Sequence record: PV593634.1
Direction: 5' to 3' (one strand)
Length of the DNA stretch: 64,000 nt
Shown here: piece by piece, positions 17,460-27,128 of the stretch
Numbering within the stretch: the first letter of the stretch is position 1
Layout of the letters: every line of letters starts with the position of its first letter
The notes under the pieces: generated by a model
Seen by the model: only the letters and a program-made list of their open reading frames with translations
What the model was told of the DNA's origin: nothing
Databases searched by the model: none
Program-made: the position numbers and the translations under genes

Positions 17460-17864
17460 ATGAACATCTTTCTAAGGGAACTCGTTAATAGGATAATCAG
17501 TTATCTTATCCGTGTCTCAAAGGGGGCTACTTACGAGGAGAAGATTGAACACCTTCTGCGCAAGTCTTTGCTCTTTACATTCATGTCATTGATCTTCGCT
17601 GCTACCATGACTTCCAAATACCTTGTTGCAAACTGGTATATGGACGACTTGGAAAAAAGCTTGACCAAGGTTGACACCTTTATGGGTGAACAGCAAAACA
17701 ACATGAATAACTTGTTCCGTATAAATGGAGATCAGTACGCAGAAATCAATGATCTCAGTAAAGAGAACGTTGAGCTGAAAAATGATATCCAAATCCTTCT
17801 CCGCACTAACGCTACATTGGAAAAGGAAATTTTAGAATTAAAGAACAAGCGAGACCGCAAATAG
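17460..17864 (+). CDS. single-TM protein with C-terminal coiled coil
   Basis: TM at about aa 36-56, heptad pattern after. Confidence 0.75.
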   Translation: MNIFLRELVNRIISYLIRVSKGATYEEKIEHLLRKSLLFTFMSLIFAATMTSKYLVANWYMDDLEKSLTKVDTFMGEQQNNMNNLFRINGDQYAEINDLSKENVELKNDIQILLRTNATLEKEILELKNKRDRK

Positions 17865-17924
17865 TATTTTTCGACAGGGATGTCCATTCATTGTTACATA
17901 ACAAACTGGCAGGTATAAAAACCA

Positions 17925-19343
17925 ATGAACATTGTCTACTATATCGTAAGTCAATCGAACAAAGAAAAGAACGTAGGTCTTTCCGGCGGTCATGGCTACT
18001 CTTACGATCCGACTAATGAAAGCAAGCGTAAGTTGCAAAAAGACGTACCCTCTGTTTACGGTTATTTCGTAAATGGTAACTATCAAAGTATCGCAGTGGA
18101 TCAAGTCGATATTTATAATGGTCGCGTCTTAAATCAGCGTAACGATGTTGAAGCTTATCTGCTTAACTTGGAAATGATCATTGAAGAATGGATCAAGACC
18201 AAGAAGGAAGGTAGCAAGCTGTTAGTAATCGGGAACAACGTTAAAGTCCACAAGATGCTTGAAAAGAACAAGTGTCCTGAAGCCTATGACGCTGAACTCT
18301 TTGAACGTGTTTATAAGTTGTATGAAGAACATAAAGCAGGTATCATCCACGATGTAGAGTATTATGCCAAAGGTGGTGAAGGTCCTAAGACCGCACACAA
18401 ACAGGTAGAGCTTGCAGCAGCAATATCTGAACTGGCATGTCCCGATCCTCTTACTCTGGACAAGTTAAATGTTAAAGACTACAAGAACCCAGAGATCGAC
18501 TTTAATAAGTTGGTTACTGCTTCTCGCTGGTATTTCAATACTGGTGACAAGTCTGATTTCTTTGAGTTGGTAGAAGGTTATCGCAAGTACACCTTCGGTC
18601 GAGTTGACCCGGATAAAAACTATTACGGGAAAGCTACACCTGACGTTTACTATTCTAGTTTATATACCAAGACACCAATCTCCGTATTGGACAAGTTGTA
18701 TACGTTCTGTCAGAAAAATAGACCGAACCCTTACAACATCATGGCAGCAGGTAACTTGAACCATATCAAATCTAAAGAGGTTGCTCGAGTAATCGATACA
18801 ATCCCTGGAACATTTGGTAAACGTGAGTTGCTGGCTCCTATGACTCTGGGTAATAACGAAGAAGCTGCGCTGGTTGAGTTCATCGATCCACCAGGTCTGA
18901 GCTACCGTATTCGTGACTTCCACATCAAGCTAGATTACATCATGAAGTTCTGGCGCCAACGTGATGAGAACGGATGCTATCAGAAACACAAGTTTGTTGA
19001 CATCACCGATAAGTTCTTCGTTCGTGATGATAAAGGTAAAGTTAAGATTCACCCTGACTTCACCAACAACACACTAAAGGTTCCTGTTGATATTGAAGCA
19101 CCTGGTTGTGTTAAACCTGTTACGATTAACCTGAGCGTCAAATACGATACTCCTGAACGTAACGCTCTGAACAGCATGATTGTAAACAAGGTAGACCAAA
19201 TCAAAGTCTATCTAGCTCTGGATTTCACTGACGAGTCCGGTGTGAGTTATTGCACCATCGTCAATACTCCTGAGTATGATTACATTCATTCAAACAGCAT
19301 CAGTAATCTGCGTGTTTATAGCTTAAAAGAATTAGGCAAATAA
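17925..19343 (+). CDS. RNase H-like protein (phiKZ gp155-like), catalytic residues apparently degenerate
   Basis: N-terminal GGHGYSY strand pattern, C-terminal WYFNT and YSSL motifs recalled for this family; YTDG-type motif absent. Confidence 0.6.
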   Translation: MNIVYYIVSQSNKEKNVGLSGGHGYSYDPTNESKRKLQKDVPSVYGYFVNGNYQSIAVDQVDIYNGRVLNQRNDVEAYLLNLEMIIEEWIKTKKEGSKLLVIGNNVKVHKMLEKNKCPEAYDAELFERVYKLYEEHKAGIIHDVEYYAKGGEGPKTAHKQVELAAAISELACPDPLTLDKLNVKDYKNPEIDFNKLVTASRWYFNTGDKSDFFELVEGYRKYTFGRVDPDKNYYGKATPDVYYSSLYTKTPISVLDKLYTFCQKNRPNPYNIMAAGNLNHIKSKEVARVIDTIPGTFGKRELLAPMTLGNNEEAALVEFIDPPGLSYRIRDFHIKLDYIMKFWRQRDENGCYQKHKFVDITDKFFVRDDKGKVKIHPDFTNNTLKVPVDIEAPGCVKPVTINLSVKYDTPERNALNSMIVNKVDQIKVYLALDFTDESGVSYCTIVNTPEYDYIHSNSISNLRVYSLKELGK

Positions 19344-19386
19344 CATAGTTCCCTACCCCTCCGTAAGGAAGGGTAGGGGGTTATGT
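19342..19386. terminator. conserved bidirectional hairpin, copy 3
   Basis: CCCTACCCCTCC-GTAA-GGAAGGGTAGGG between convergent ORFs. Confidence 0.85.
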
Positions 19387-19393
19387 CTGTTTA

Positions 19394-20464
19394 TTACATT
19401 CCGAGTTCGTCCATAGCTCGCTGAAGATACTCAGCGCTACGTTCAGATACATCTCCCATAGCCCCAACAATAGCATTACGGATACCGGCATCCACTATCT
19501 TAGCTGCTGCAATAAGAGAAGCTGAATCCATAGTGATAACCAGATCACGGTAACGAGCTGCAATCTCGGTAACGACTTTCATTACCGATACAGCGCGAGC
19601 CAGTTTAGATTGAACTTCTGAATCAGGATTGCCTTTAGCTTTCTCGTTCATGCGTTCTACCGTCACTGCTGCTTGGGCCGAAGCTTTCTGTGCGTTTTCA
19701 GATGCCAATACAAGAGACTTGGAAACCGCTTCCAAATCTTTAACAGCATTATCACCGGCTCTCCAGTTTTTCATGCTATCGAACATCAGCCAGTCGGCAT
19801 TGAAGTCAACAGATAAACCCAGGAGTTTCTGAGTTTCCGCAGTCCCATCGATACGCTTTAGTTCATCGATCTGATTGGCAATTTGATTAACGCCATTGGA
19901 TAGTTTGGAAATGATAGCTGCATAGGCTTCATCAGCTGCGTTAGAAATTGCGCCTGAATCTTCTTTAGCGGTCATCTCTTCTTTGAACTTGGCCACGACC
20001 GTTTTAACATCAGTGGCATCAAGGCGACGCATAATCGGGGCAGTTTTGGGAATGACCGACGTTTTCGGTACGTTAACCGAAGGACTCTGCATAACAAATG
20101 CTCTAGCCAGTTCCACGACTTTGTCTTCAATGTCAACACCGTCTTTGGAAAGGTTTTTCTTAGCATCTTCGTACTCACGCTTAGACTTACCGTTAAACCA
20201 ATCACGGAACGTTCTGATCAACTGTTTGATCCATTCGTACACTTTGGCAGTACCTTTCTTAACACCGTCCCAGAATGACTCCTGTCCAGCCATAGAAGGT
20301 AAGTCAACATCGTTCAGTACAAGTACCGTGTTGGCGAAACAAGCATCGGGAGTAAGTTCGGTTTCCTTCTCGATACTTTCTACCAATTCAACCATGCCAG
20401 TAGTAATGGCGCAAGTGTGGTCGAACTCGCTGTTAAGTTCGGTATAGTTTTCAATGATTTCCAT
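19394..20464 (-). CDS. putative internal head (ejection) protein
   Basis: acidic N-terminal pro-region, then AGQE-SFWDGVKK...EWIKQLI amphipathic helix typical of phiKZ-like head paralog families. Confidence 0.7.
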   Translation of the reverse strand: MEIIENYTELNSEFDHTCAITTGMVELVESIEKETELTPDACFANTVLVLNDVDLPSMAGQESFWDGVKKGTAKVYEWIKQLIRTFRDWFNGKSKREYEDAKKNLSKDGVDIEDKVVELARAFVMQSPSVNVPKTSVIPKTAPIMRRLDATDVKTVVAKFKEEMTAKEDSGAISNAADEAYAAIISKLSNGVNQIANQIDELKRIDGTAETQKLLGLSVDFNADWLMFDSMKNWRAGDNAVKDLEAVSKSLVLASENAQKASAQAAVTVERMNEKAKGNPDSEVQSKLARAVSVMKVVTEIAARYRDLVITMDSASLIAAAKIVDAGIRNAIVGAMGDVSERSAEYLQRAMDELGM

Positions 20465-20478
20465 TTATATATCCTAAA

Positions 20479-20494
20479 GGGGAGTTTCCTCCCC
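20479..20494 (-). terminator. short GNRA hairpin after helicase
   Basis: GGGGAG-TTTC-CTCCCC (GAAA loop on minus strand). Confidence 0.55.
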
Positions 20495-20501
20495 GCGTTA
20501 A

Positions 20502-22607
20502 TTAAAAGAGATCGGACATCTTACTTAATTTGAAATTCACATGATGATCGAAGTGTTCGGTATCCAAAGCATAGCCTTCGAAGCCAATCAGTTCTTTAAG
20601 GTTAGTTGGCATGCCAGCAGCTCTTAGGTTAGCACCACCCACGTACTTAGGTAACTTACCGCCACCCAGCAGGATATCAACTTGTTCCTTAGACCATTCC
20701 ATAATGTCGATAGAACGGGAAGTGATGTTCTCGGCAGAACCTGTGTCAAGGTCGAGCAGGTAAACGTAGCACTTGGCATCCTGTCCTTTACGATAGATAC
20801 GAGCGATGGTCTGCTTAGTCTCGTAAGAACGGAATGGGGAGTTCATCATTATGATCTGGTTACACATCAGTAAAGGATAACCTTCACGTAAGGTGTTAAA
20901 GGTTGTGATCAGTGGGTTAGTACCAGGGTCGTTTGCTACCTGGGAAATTACCTTATCGACTTCTGATGAGTTCTCACCACTTACAGAGATAGAGTTAATA
21001 CCCTCAGCTGTGAAGTAAGTTTCCAGCTCCTTAATAACGTCAATGTAAGACGTGTAGATCGCTGTCTTCTTCTCAACTGCTGATATCATACTCGGTAAGT
21101 TAGCGTGCTTGATAATGTCGCGTACAGCTTCCATACGAGCACGAGAGAGAATGCGACCTAATGCTTCACCACGAATCTTCAGACCCACATACTTAACCGC
21201 AGATTTAATATGACGGAAGTATTTAAGGTCATCACCTTTCAGCTCGTTCTCAATGTTCTTCTCAACGGAGTGAGCGAATTTGGACATCTCAGCATCAGTG
21301 AAGTTGTTGTATCCATTCTTCTGGAAGTAATGAACAATTTCAATGTAGCGATTTAAACGAGCCAGTTCTTTCTCATCAGTAGCAATCCATGAACGATAGG
21401 CGTTAACGAACTGATTCCAATCATCGACATAACCAGGCATCTTCTTATTATAGAAGTCTACTCGTTCTTCAATGAAGTCCAGCATTACACTACGGATATT
21501 CTCCAGCGTGTATTTCTCTGCACCATCGAACTTAATAGGAACGATAATGGGTTCAGGTGGTTTATCCATACCGTCAACTTTGGTAATTGTAAACTTGATA
21601 CGACCCAAACGGTGTGCGAGCATCTGGTTAAGGAAGTCGTTATCACGACCATACATTTTCAGGAAGTCGGTCTGTACTTCTTTATCAAAGAACTTATCGA
21701 TAACGGTGAACAGAGCAAAGGTTTCACGACCTTGAGCCTTGATAGGTGTACCGGATTGGAACAGTACATCAGAGACATACTTGTTGGTACAGATATCAAT
21801 CAGACCCTGAGTCTGTTGTGATTTGTGCTCATTATAGTTGTGAGATTCATCAACGATAACTTTAAGAGGTTCTTTACCTTGTTTAGACAACACTGTTAAC
21901 AACCCGTCATATTCACGACCACGCAGTGTGTCTTTGTGAATGATGAAGTACTGTGCATCGGTGTGGTTCATTGGGTCAGTGCCATCAAGGGACGTCCAAC
22001 ACTTACGACCTTTCTTGAAGTACTCGTTCTCAATGGCATTCTTCCACGGGTTATTCACCAGGTGTTTAGGTACGACGATAATAGTCTTGCCCGTTGAGAT
22101 CATCTCAGCCCATACCAAAGAGGTATAGGTCTTACCGCTACCTGGCTCAGCATCAAGTAAACAACCACGTAACTGATAACCGTATTTTATACGAGAGTAA
22201 TCTTCTAAGAACTCACGTTGATCAGGGAATGGTTTAAAGTTAAATGCGGCTAAAGCTTTATCGACGTTGTATGGAGGATATTGTTGGAACGTTGACTCGA
22301 TCCACGTTTTCTGTTTGATCTCTCCATAAAGCTGGTTGTACTTATACATACCAACACGATAACGGTCTACTTGGCGCTTATTCTTGTTGGACGTAAAGTG
22401 ATCGAGAATCCAAGCTAATTCAACCATAAAGAACTGGTGGATCTTGAATCGTCTGTTATTCAGTTTAATTATCATGCGGTTAAAGATAACCGATGTTCCG
22501 AAATTAGATCTTAAGTCTAATTCGAACGCGTTTAAATTTATACCGGTGATGACATAGTAAGAACCGACCTTCTCCACAGTAGGCGAAAAGTTAAAAAATT
22601 CCATCAT
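20502..22607 (-). CDS. SNF2-like DExH helicase/ATPase
   Basis: LLDAEPGSGKT (Walker A), VIVDESHN (DExH), QSGTP, LREGY, QTIARIYRKGQ. Confidence 0.92.
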   Translation of the reverse strand: MMEFFNFSPTVEKVGSYYVITGINLNAFELDLRSNFGTSVIFNRMIIKLNNRRFKIHQFFMVELAWILDHFTSNKNKRQVDRYRVGMYKYNQLYGEIKQKTWIESTFQQYPPYNVDKALAAFNFKPFPDQREFLEDYSRIKYGYQLRGCLLDAEPGSGKTYTSLVWAEMISTGKTIIVVPKHLVNNPWKNAIENEYFKKGRKCWTSLDGTDPMNHTDAQYFIIHKDTLRGREYDGLLTVLSKQGKEPLKVIVDESHNYNEHKSQQTQGLIDICTNKYVSDVLFQSGTPIKAQGRETFALFTVIDKFFDKEVQTDFLKMYGRDNDFLNQMLAHRLGRIKFTITKVDGMDKPPEPIIVPIKFDGAEKYTLENIRSVMLDFIEERVDFYNKKMPGYVDDWNQFVNAYRSWIATDEKELARLNRYIEIVHYFQKNGYNNFTDAEMSKFAHSVEKNIENELKGDDLKYFRHIKSAVKYVGLKIRGEALGRILSRARMEAVRDIIKHANLPSMISAVEKKTAIYTSYIDVIKELETYFTAEGINSISVSGENSSEVDKVISQVANDPGTNPLITTFNTLREGYPLLMCNQIIMMNSPFRSYETKQTIARIYRKGQDAKCYVYLLDLDTGSAENITSRSIDIMEWSKEQVDILLGGGKLPKYVGGANLRAAGMPTNLKELIGFEGYALDTEHFDHHVNFKLSKMSDLF

Positions 22608-22624
22608 AGTTAAGGACCTTAGAA

Positions 22625-23734
22625 ATGAGTGATAAATTAGAATTCATTAACGACAATCATTACAACCTGTTCGCTTTCGCTACACTGAATCAGTTAGCGG
22701 TATCACCGGCATCAAAATTTGAAGTCGAACATCAGGAATATCGTGATCGTTACAAAGTATCGTTGGGTGGGTATGCCTGGCTGGTCAAAGCTGACTTCAT
22801 TGGTAAGTTCTGGTTAGCTCTGGATAAATTCGATGCGGAATGCGATGCCTTCATCGATCATGGTAATGGTTGTGCTAATGAAAACGTTAAGATGACAGCA
22901 ACAGGTCCTGTCAATGAACTCACCTATAGTTATACCGATGTTCCATTTGGTCAACTGACTGGTGAAGACTTCATCAACATCGATGACCGTATGCAAGGTC
23001 TGTTAACTGCAGCCGCTCAGGTAGTCCGTGAGTCTGCCGAAATCATTAACCGTGAACAAGCACTGGTAATGAAAGATACCAATGTAGTTAAAGACTTCGA
23101 TGGTATTCTGACGTTTGATACCAAGTTGGGTAAAGACTTCGGTGTCCAGCTGTGCTTTGACAAAATCAGCCCGATCAAAGAAGGTAACGATGACGTTTGG
23201 ATTGAACGTACTCCAATTACTCAGGGTGACGGTAACAAATACTTACGTGGATCTTTCTCCAAAGTACAGAACCGTCTGAAACATCTGAACGGTATCGTCC
23301 AGGACTTCTTCCAAGCTAAAGCTGTACAGAAGAACGAATACCTGGTTGAGTATGCAGAGATGTTGGTTAACAACACCCTGGTACACATGTACTTGAACCA
23401 GAACATCATCTACATCTCTTTCGGTGGTGAAGACAAGTGGGGGACCTTCTCCAAAGATACACCTAACAACGTTGAGTGTATGAAGTATCTGGATGCTGAA
23501 ATCGAAAACATCATTAAGATGCTTGAAGGTATTGAGAAAACCGAAGGTGTAGATGTCTACTCTATGGATATCGATACGTTCGCCGTGTTCGGTCGTGACT
23601 TCGACAACCGTGTGGTAACTCCTGCTCTGCAAGGTTACGTTCAACCGCTGCTGGATAAATACTCCAAAGGCTTTGAACAAACACTGTCAACTCGAATGTC
23701 CATGATTGACAACCAGCATTTCTTTAAAGCATAA
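22625..23734 (+). CDS. hypothetical protein
   Basis: 369-aa ORF, strong codon bias. Confidence 0.85.
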   Translation: MSDKLEFINDNHYNLFAFATLNQLAVSPASKFEVEHQEYRDRYKVSLGGYAWLVKADFIGKFWLALDKFDAECDAFIDHGNGCANENVKMTATGPVNELTYSYTDVPFGQLTGEDFINIDDRMQGLLTAAAQVVRESAEIINREQALVMKDTNVVKDFDGILTFDTKLGKDFGVQLCFDKISPIKEGNDDVWIERTPITQGDGNKYLRGSFSKVQNRLKHLNGIVQDFFQAKAVQKNEYLVEYAEMLVNNTLVHMYLNQNIIYISFGGEDKWGTFSKDTPNNVECMKYLDAEIENIIKMLEGIEKTEGVDVYSMDIDTFAVFGRDFDNRVVTPALQGYVQPLLDKYSKGFEQTLSTRMSMIDNQHFFKA

Positions 23735-23776
23735 CAAAGTCCCTACCCCTCCGTTAGGAAGGGTAGGGGTTTATGT
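23733..23776. terminator. conserved bidirectional hairpin, copy 4
   Basis: CCCTACCCCTCC-GTTA-GGAAGGGTAGGG between convergent ORFs. Confidence 0.85.
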
Positions 23777-23780
23777 TTGT

Positions 23781-24566
23781 TTATTTTAATTTCGGCAATT
23801 CGTCGATCTGAAGTTGCAGTACACGGTTAAGGTCAGCCAACTGCCCCAACATAACACCAGCGAAGCTAGCATTGCGTACAAGCTCGTCAACAGCCATATT
23901 AAGACTCTCGACTTCTTTAGGCTGTAAGATTACCTCAGAGGCATCTAACTTCGTCTTGAGCAGTTTGATGATTCCTACGACGGCATCCATACGTTTAGAT
24001 ACGATCTCAACATCACGAGCACCCAGAGACTTAACGATACTGTTAAAGTTAAGAGCAATATCGCTGGCCTGACCAAAGTTAGGATACATCTCGTTAAGAG
24101 CACGAGTAGTAACACCGGTATCAGTCAGTTGGGTTTTGAAGATCTCACGAGACTTAGAGATCAATACTAAATCGTTTACATTACGAATGCTGAAAGGAAC
24201 CTGTCCTTTAGCGGCAGCTTGTTTAATGCCACGGTAAACCATGTCAGCTTGCGAATCAACCATCTTAATGATCGGGACTGCGTGAAGGATGAATTCAACG
24301 TAATCTTTAAATGACCATTTGTTTGGGTCAAAATAAACTGGAGCAGGGATATGTTTGATAGCAGCAGAAAAGTAAATTCCTTCGGCTGCAGCTTTCTTCC
24401 ACTCCTCGATACCTTTAAGGGTATGAATTGAACTGTTAAAGTTTTTAGCATTAAAGGCATCAAACCCAAGACTCATCTCTTTAAAGAAAGAAGTCAATCG
24501 CTCACCAACGCTTAGGGCTTCACTACCCGCAACGTGATTTAATAATTCGGTAGACATATTAGGCAA
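23781..24566 (-). CDS. putative head protein
   Basis: short pro-peptide ending AGSE; divergent from RecA-like gene as in phiKZ-like core. Confidence 0.6.
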   Translation of the reverse strand: MPNMSTELLNHVAGSEALSVGERLTSFFKEMSLGFDAFNAKNFNSSIHTLKGIEEWKKAAAEGIYFSAAIKHIPAPVYFDPNKWSFKDYVEFILHAVPIIKMVDSQADMVYRGIKQAAAKGQVPFSIRNVNDLVLISKSREIFKTQLTDTGVTTRALNEMYPNFGQASDIALNFNSIVKSLGARDVEIVSKRMDAVVGIIKLLKTKLDASEVILQPKEVESLNMAVDELVRNASFAGVMLGQLADLNRVLQLQIDELPKLK

Positions 24567-24622
24567 ACTCCATTATGTGTTTATTGAAACGTTTCATAAC
24601 ATTTAAATAAGGAACTATATCA

Positions 24623-26086
24623 ATGCTGACCGCATTTAACTTTCTGAAAGACTACGGCGCCGAATCTAACCTGCAAATTGGTTTGAACGTATCTCCAATC
24701 TTTGACCTGCTGACTACCAGCATGATTAAAGGTAAAGATGGCGTTTGGTACATGAACGGTGGACTGATGCCGATCAATGGTCTTGCAGGTGGTAACAACA
24801 CTCAGAAAACTGGTAAGACTGTAAAAGACGTAGCTAAGCTGTTGCATCGTTTCCAACACTCTATCATTCTTTATGGTGATACCGAATCTACTCTGGACGT
24901 ATCTCGTCTGGCAGAAGAAGTTGATCGTCTGTTTGGTGTTGAAGGTTACTTCGCCGATAACATCGAAGACGTTCGTTTCCACTACATGCCCAACTCTGCT
25001 GGTATTGATGGCACTGAACTTCATAACAAAGTCATCGAGATCTATAAGACAATTACGGCACTGTCTGAATCAAAAGACAAAGCTGAACAAGAAGCTTATA
25101 AAGCTCTGTTCCTGAATACACCGTTCTGGTCTCAGAAACATAACAAATATATACAGGTCATGCAGCCTATTCTGTTCATCTGTGACTCTATCTCTGAAGT
25201 TCTGTTTGACAACCTGATGTTCAAACAGTTCGACGAAGGTGAAATGGATGAAGGCGGTAAGAAACGTACTCGTGATATGGAGATCGGTAACCTGCGTCGT
25301 ATCCTGATGACCGATACCTGTATCCTGGGACCTCGTGTTGGTTTACGTTCGTACTGGATTGCTCAGTCTGCTGACGTTATCAACATGGATGGTAAGCCTA
25401 AAGAGAAAGACTCTACCTTCTTGCGCCACAACAAGAAACTGGCTGCACCTAAAGCGATGTTGAAATTACCGCACATCGGTATCGAGATCATTAAAGGTAC
25501 GGTTCTGAAACAACCTGACCACTCTGTGATGTATCCTCGTAGTAAAGATTCCACCATCTCCAGTAACGCGAAGTCGAACCCTGAACTCGTTCAGTACTTC
25601 ACTACAATCTTCCGTAACAAGTCTGGTAGCTCCGGTGGTGATCTGGCATTCGTAGCCGGGCAGGCTGAAGGTATTCTTGAATACCTGTCAATGTACGATT
25701 CCCTGAAAGACAACAAGTACTTTGGTCTGGAAGGTTCGGCGATCCGTCATGCTTGTGCGTTGATGCCTGATGAAAGCATTATGCGTACCACTGTTCGTGA
25801 GATGATAGAAGGCCCTGAAGCGAATAAGAAACTTCAGCGTGCTATCGAGATCTGTTGGCAGATGTGGTACATGCAAACGTTCTGGGACAACTTCCCGGAA
25901 GAATGGAAACTTACTCCAAGCGAACTGTACGCTAAAGGTAAAGAACAAGGATTGGATTGGGACGACATTCTGGAGAACACTGTTTACTTCTGGCACGACC
26001 AGCCACTCATTCAAAAACATACACTGACTGTCTACGAACTGATGGAAATCGTTGTAGGTGGTAAGAAACCATATTGGAAGAAATAA
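24623..26086 (+). CDS. RecA/UvsX-like ATPase (phiKZ gp152-like)
   Basis: variant Walker A GGNNTQKTG, YGDTESTL, Walker B ILFICDSISE; conserved context next to vRNAP beta-C. Confidence 0.8.
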   Translation: MLTAFNFLKDYGAESNLQIGLNVSPIFDLLTTSMIKGKDGVWYMNGGLMPINGLAGGNNTQKTGKTVKDVAKLLHRFQHSIILYGDTESTLDVSRLAEEVDRLFGVEGYFADNIEDVRFHYMPNSAGIDGTELHNKVIEIYKTITALSESKDKAEQEAYKALFLNTPFWSQKHNKYIQVMQPILFICDSISEVLFDNLMFKQFDEGEMDEGGKKRTRDMEIGNLRRILMTDTCILGPRVGLRSYWIAQSADVINMDGKPKEKDSTFLRHNKKLAAPKAMLKLPHIGIEIIKGTVLKQPDHSVMYPRSKDSTISSNAKSNPELVQYFTTIFRNKSGSSGGDLAFVAGQAEGILEYLSMYDSLKDNKYFGLEGSAIRHACALMPDESIMRTTVREMIEGPEANKKLQRAIEICWQMWYMQTFWDNFPEEWKLTPSELYAKGKEQGLDWDDILENTVYFWHDQPLIQKHTLTVYELMEIVVGGKKPYWKK

Positions 26087-26087
26087 A

Positions 26088-26450
26088 ATGTCCGACTTTA
26101 GTTACGATTATTCTGTACTCGTTGTCGCCGAGCCTGATTTCCTTGTTAAAGGGGAAGATTGTGAAGCGTACAAAAACAAGTTGTTAAGTTTCTTAGAAAC
26201 GCGTTCTGGGGATAGTGAACTGCGAGTAATCAGTATTACTGGTAACTATGGTATTCCGTTAGAAAAACGTCTGGAAGTTGACGACCGTAATAAGACCGCA
26301 TTTGTTAAATCTCTGGACGAGCATCTGCTTCAATTTAATGAGGTCGTGATTATCACGAACTATGAGAAAGACTCATATATTGAAGCATTGGGTGTACGCG
26401 CCAATGAGCTTTCAAAGACTTTAACTATTTATGGTTACAAGGTTAAGTAA
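26088..26450 (+). CDS. hypothetical protein (track start 26058)
   Basis: ATG two nt after upstream stop. Confidence 0.75.
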   Translation: MSDFSYDYSVLVVAEPDFLVKGEDCEAYKNKLLSFLETRSGDSELRVISITGNYGIPLEKRLEVDDRNKTAFVKSLDEHLLQFNEVVIITNYEKDSYIEALGVRANELSKTLTIYGYKVK

Positions 26451-27128
26451 ATGAAAAACCGGAAAGAGATCGAACGTGACATTCTTGACATAGCCAAGAA
26501 GTTCACAGTTGGTGGTGGAAACCACAAGATCTATTCCGAACTGTTCGGGCATCTTGATGATGCCCAATTCGCTAAGTTCTGGAATACGATTTGTGACAGC
26601 AAGTTCATTCCAATGTTCGTGGATAACTTTAATCAGAAAGAAGGCATTAGTTATGACCATATCGTCAAGCTTGCCGTCGAGTACGATATTCCGCTAGAAC
26701 AGCAACTTGTTCTTACTGACCCAGATACTGGGTTACAATTCACAACTCCTGATACAGCTTTGGTCGGTTGTGCTGAAGCTCGTAAACAACGTCAGTTGCA
26801 AGCTAAGAAGTTTGGTGCATCTAAGCACGACTATGAAACGGAAGACTTGACTGGGCAACCTACGGGTGGTTCTAAAGCAGGTGGTATCTCTAACCCTGAG
26901 ATTCAAGTTCTTCTGTCCCTGGGTCTACCCACACTGGCTAAGGAATTAGCTGACGTTCGTGGTGGTGACTCTGGTGCATACCGCGCTTATAAGAATGACA
27001 TCCTTTCTTCTGGACGTGCTACAACTGAATCGGCTCTGGCTCGTGGTACGGGTGTTAAGTCTCTACAGACAGCGCACTACTTACTGATGGGTCAGCATAT
27101 CGATAACAACTTGAATGCGAGAGATTAA
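26451..27128 (+). CDS. rpoB: virion RNA polymerase beta C-terminal subunit (phiKZ gp149-like)
   Basis: LTGQPTGGSKAGGISNPEIQVLLSLG...ELADVRGGD matches RpoB C-terminal TQQPLGGKAQ.GGQRFGEME..L...G...QE...VKSDD. Confidence 0.85.
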   Translation: MKNRKEIERDILDIAKKFTVGGGNHKIYSELFGHLDDAQFAKFWNTICDSKFIPMFVDNFNQKEGISYDHIVKLAVEYDIPLEQQLVLTDPDTGLQFTTPDTALVGCAEARKQRQLQAKKFGASKHDYETEDLTGQPTGGSKAGGISNPEIQVLLSLGLPTLAKELADVRGGDSGAYRAYKNDILSSGRATTESALARGTGVKSLQTAHYLLMGQHIDNNLNARD

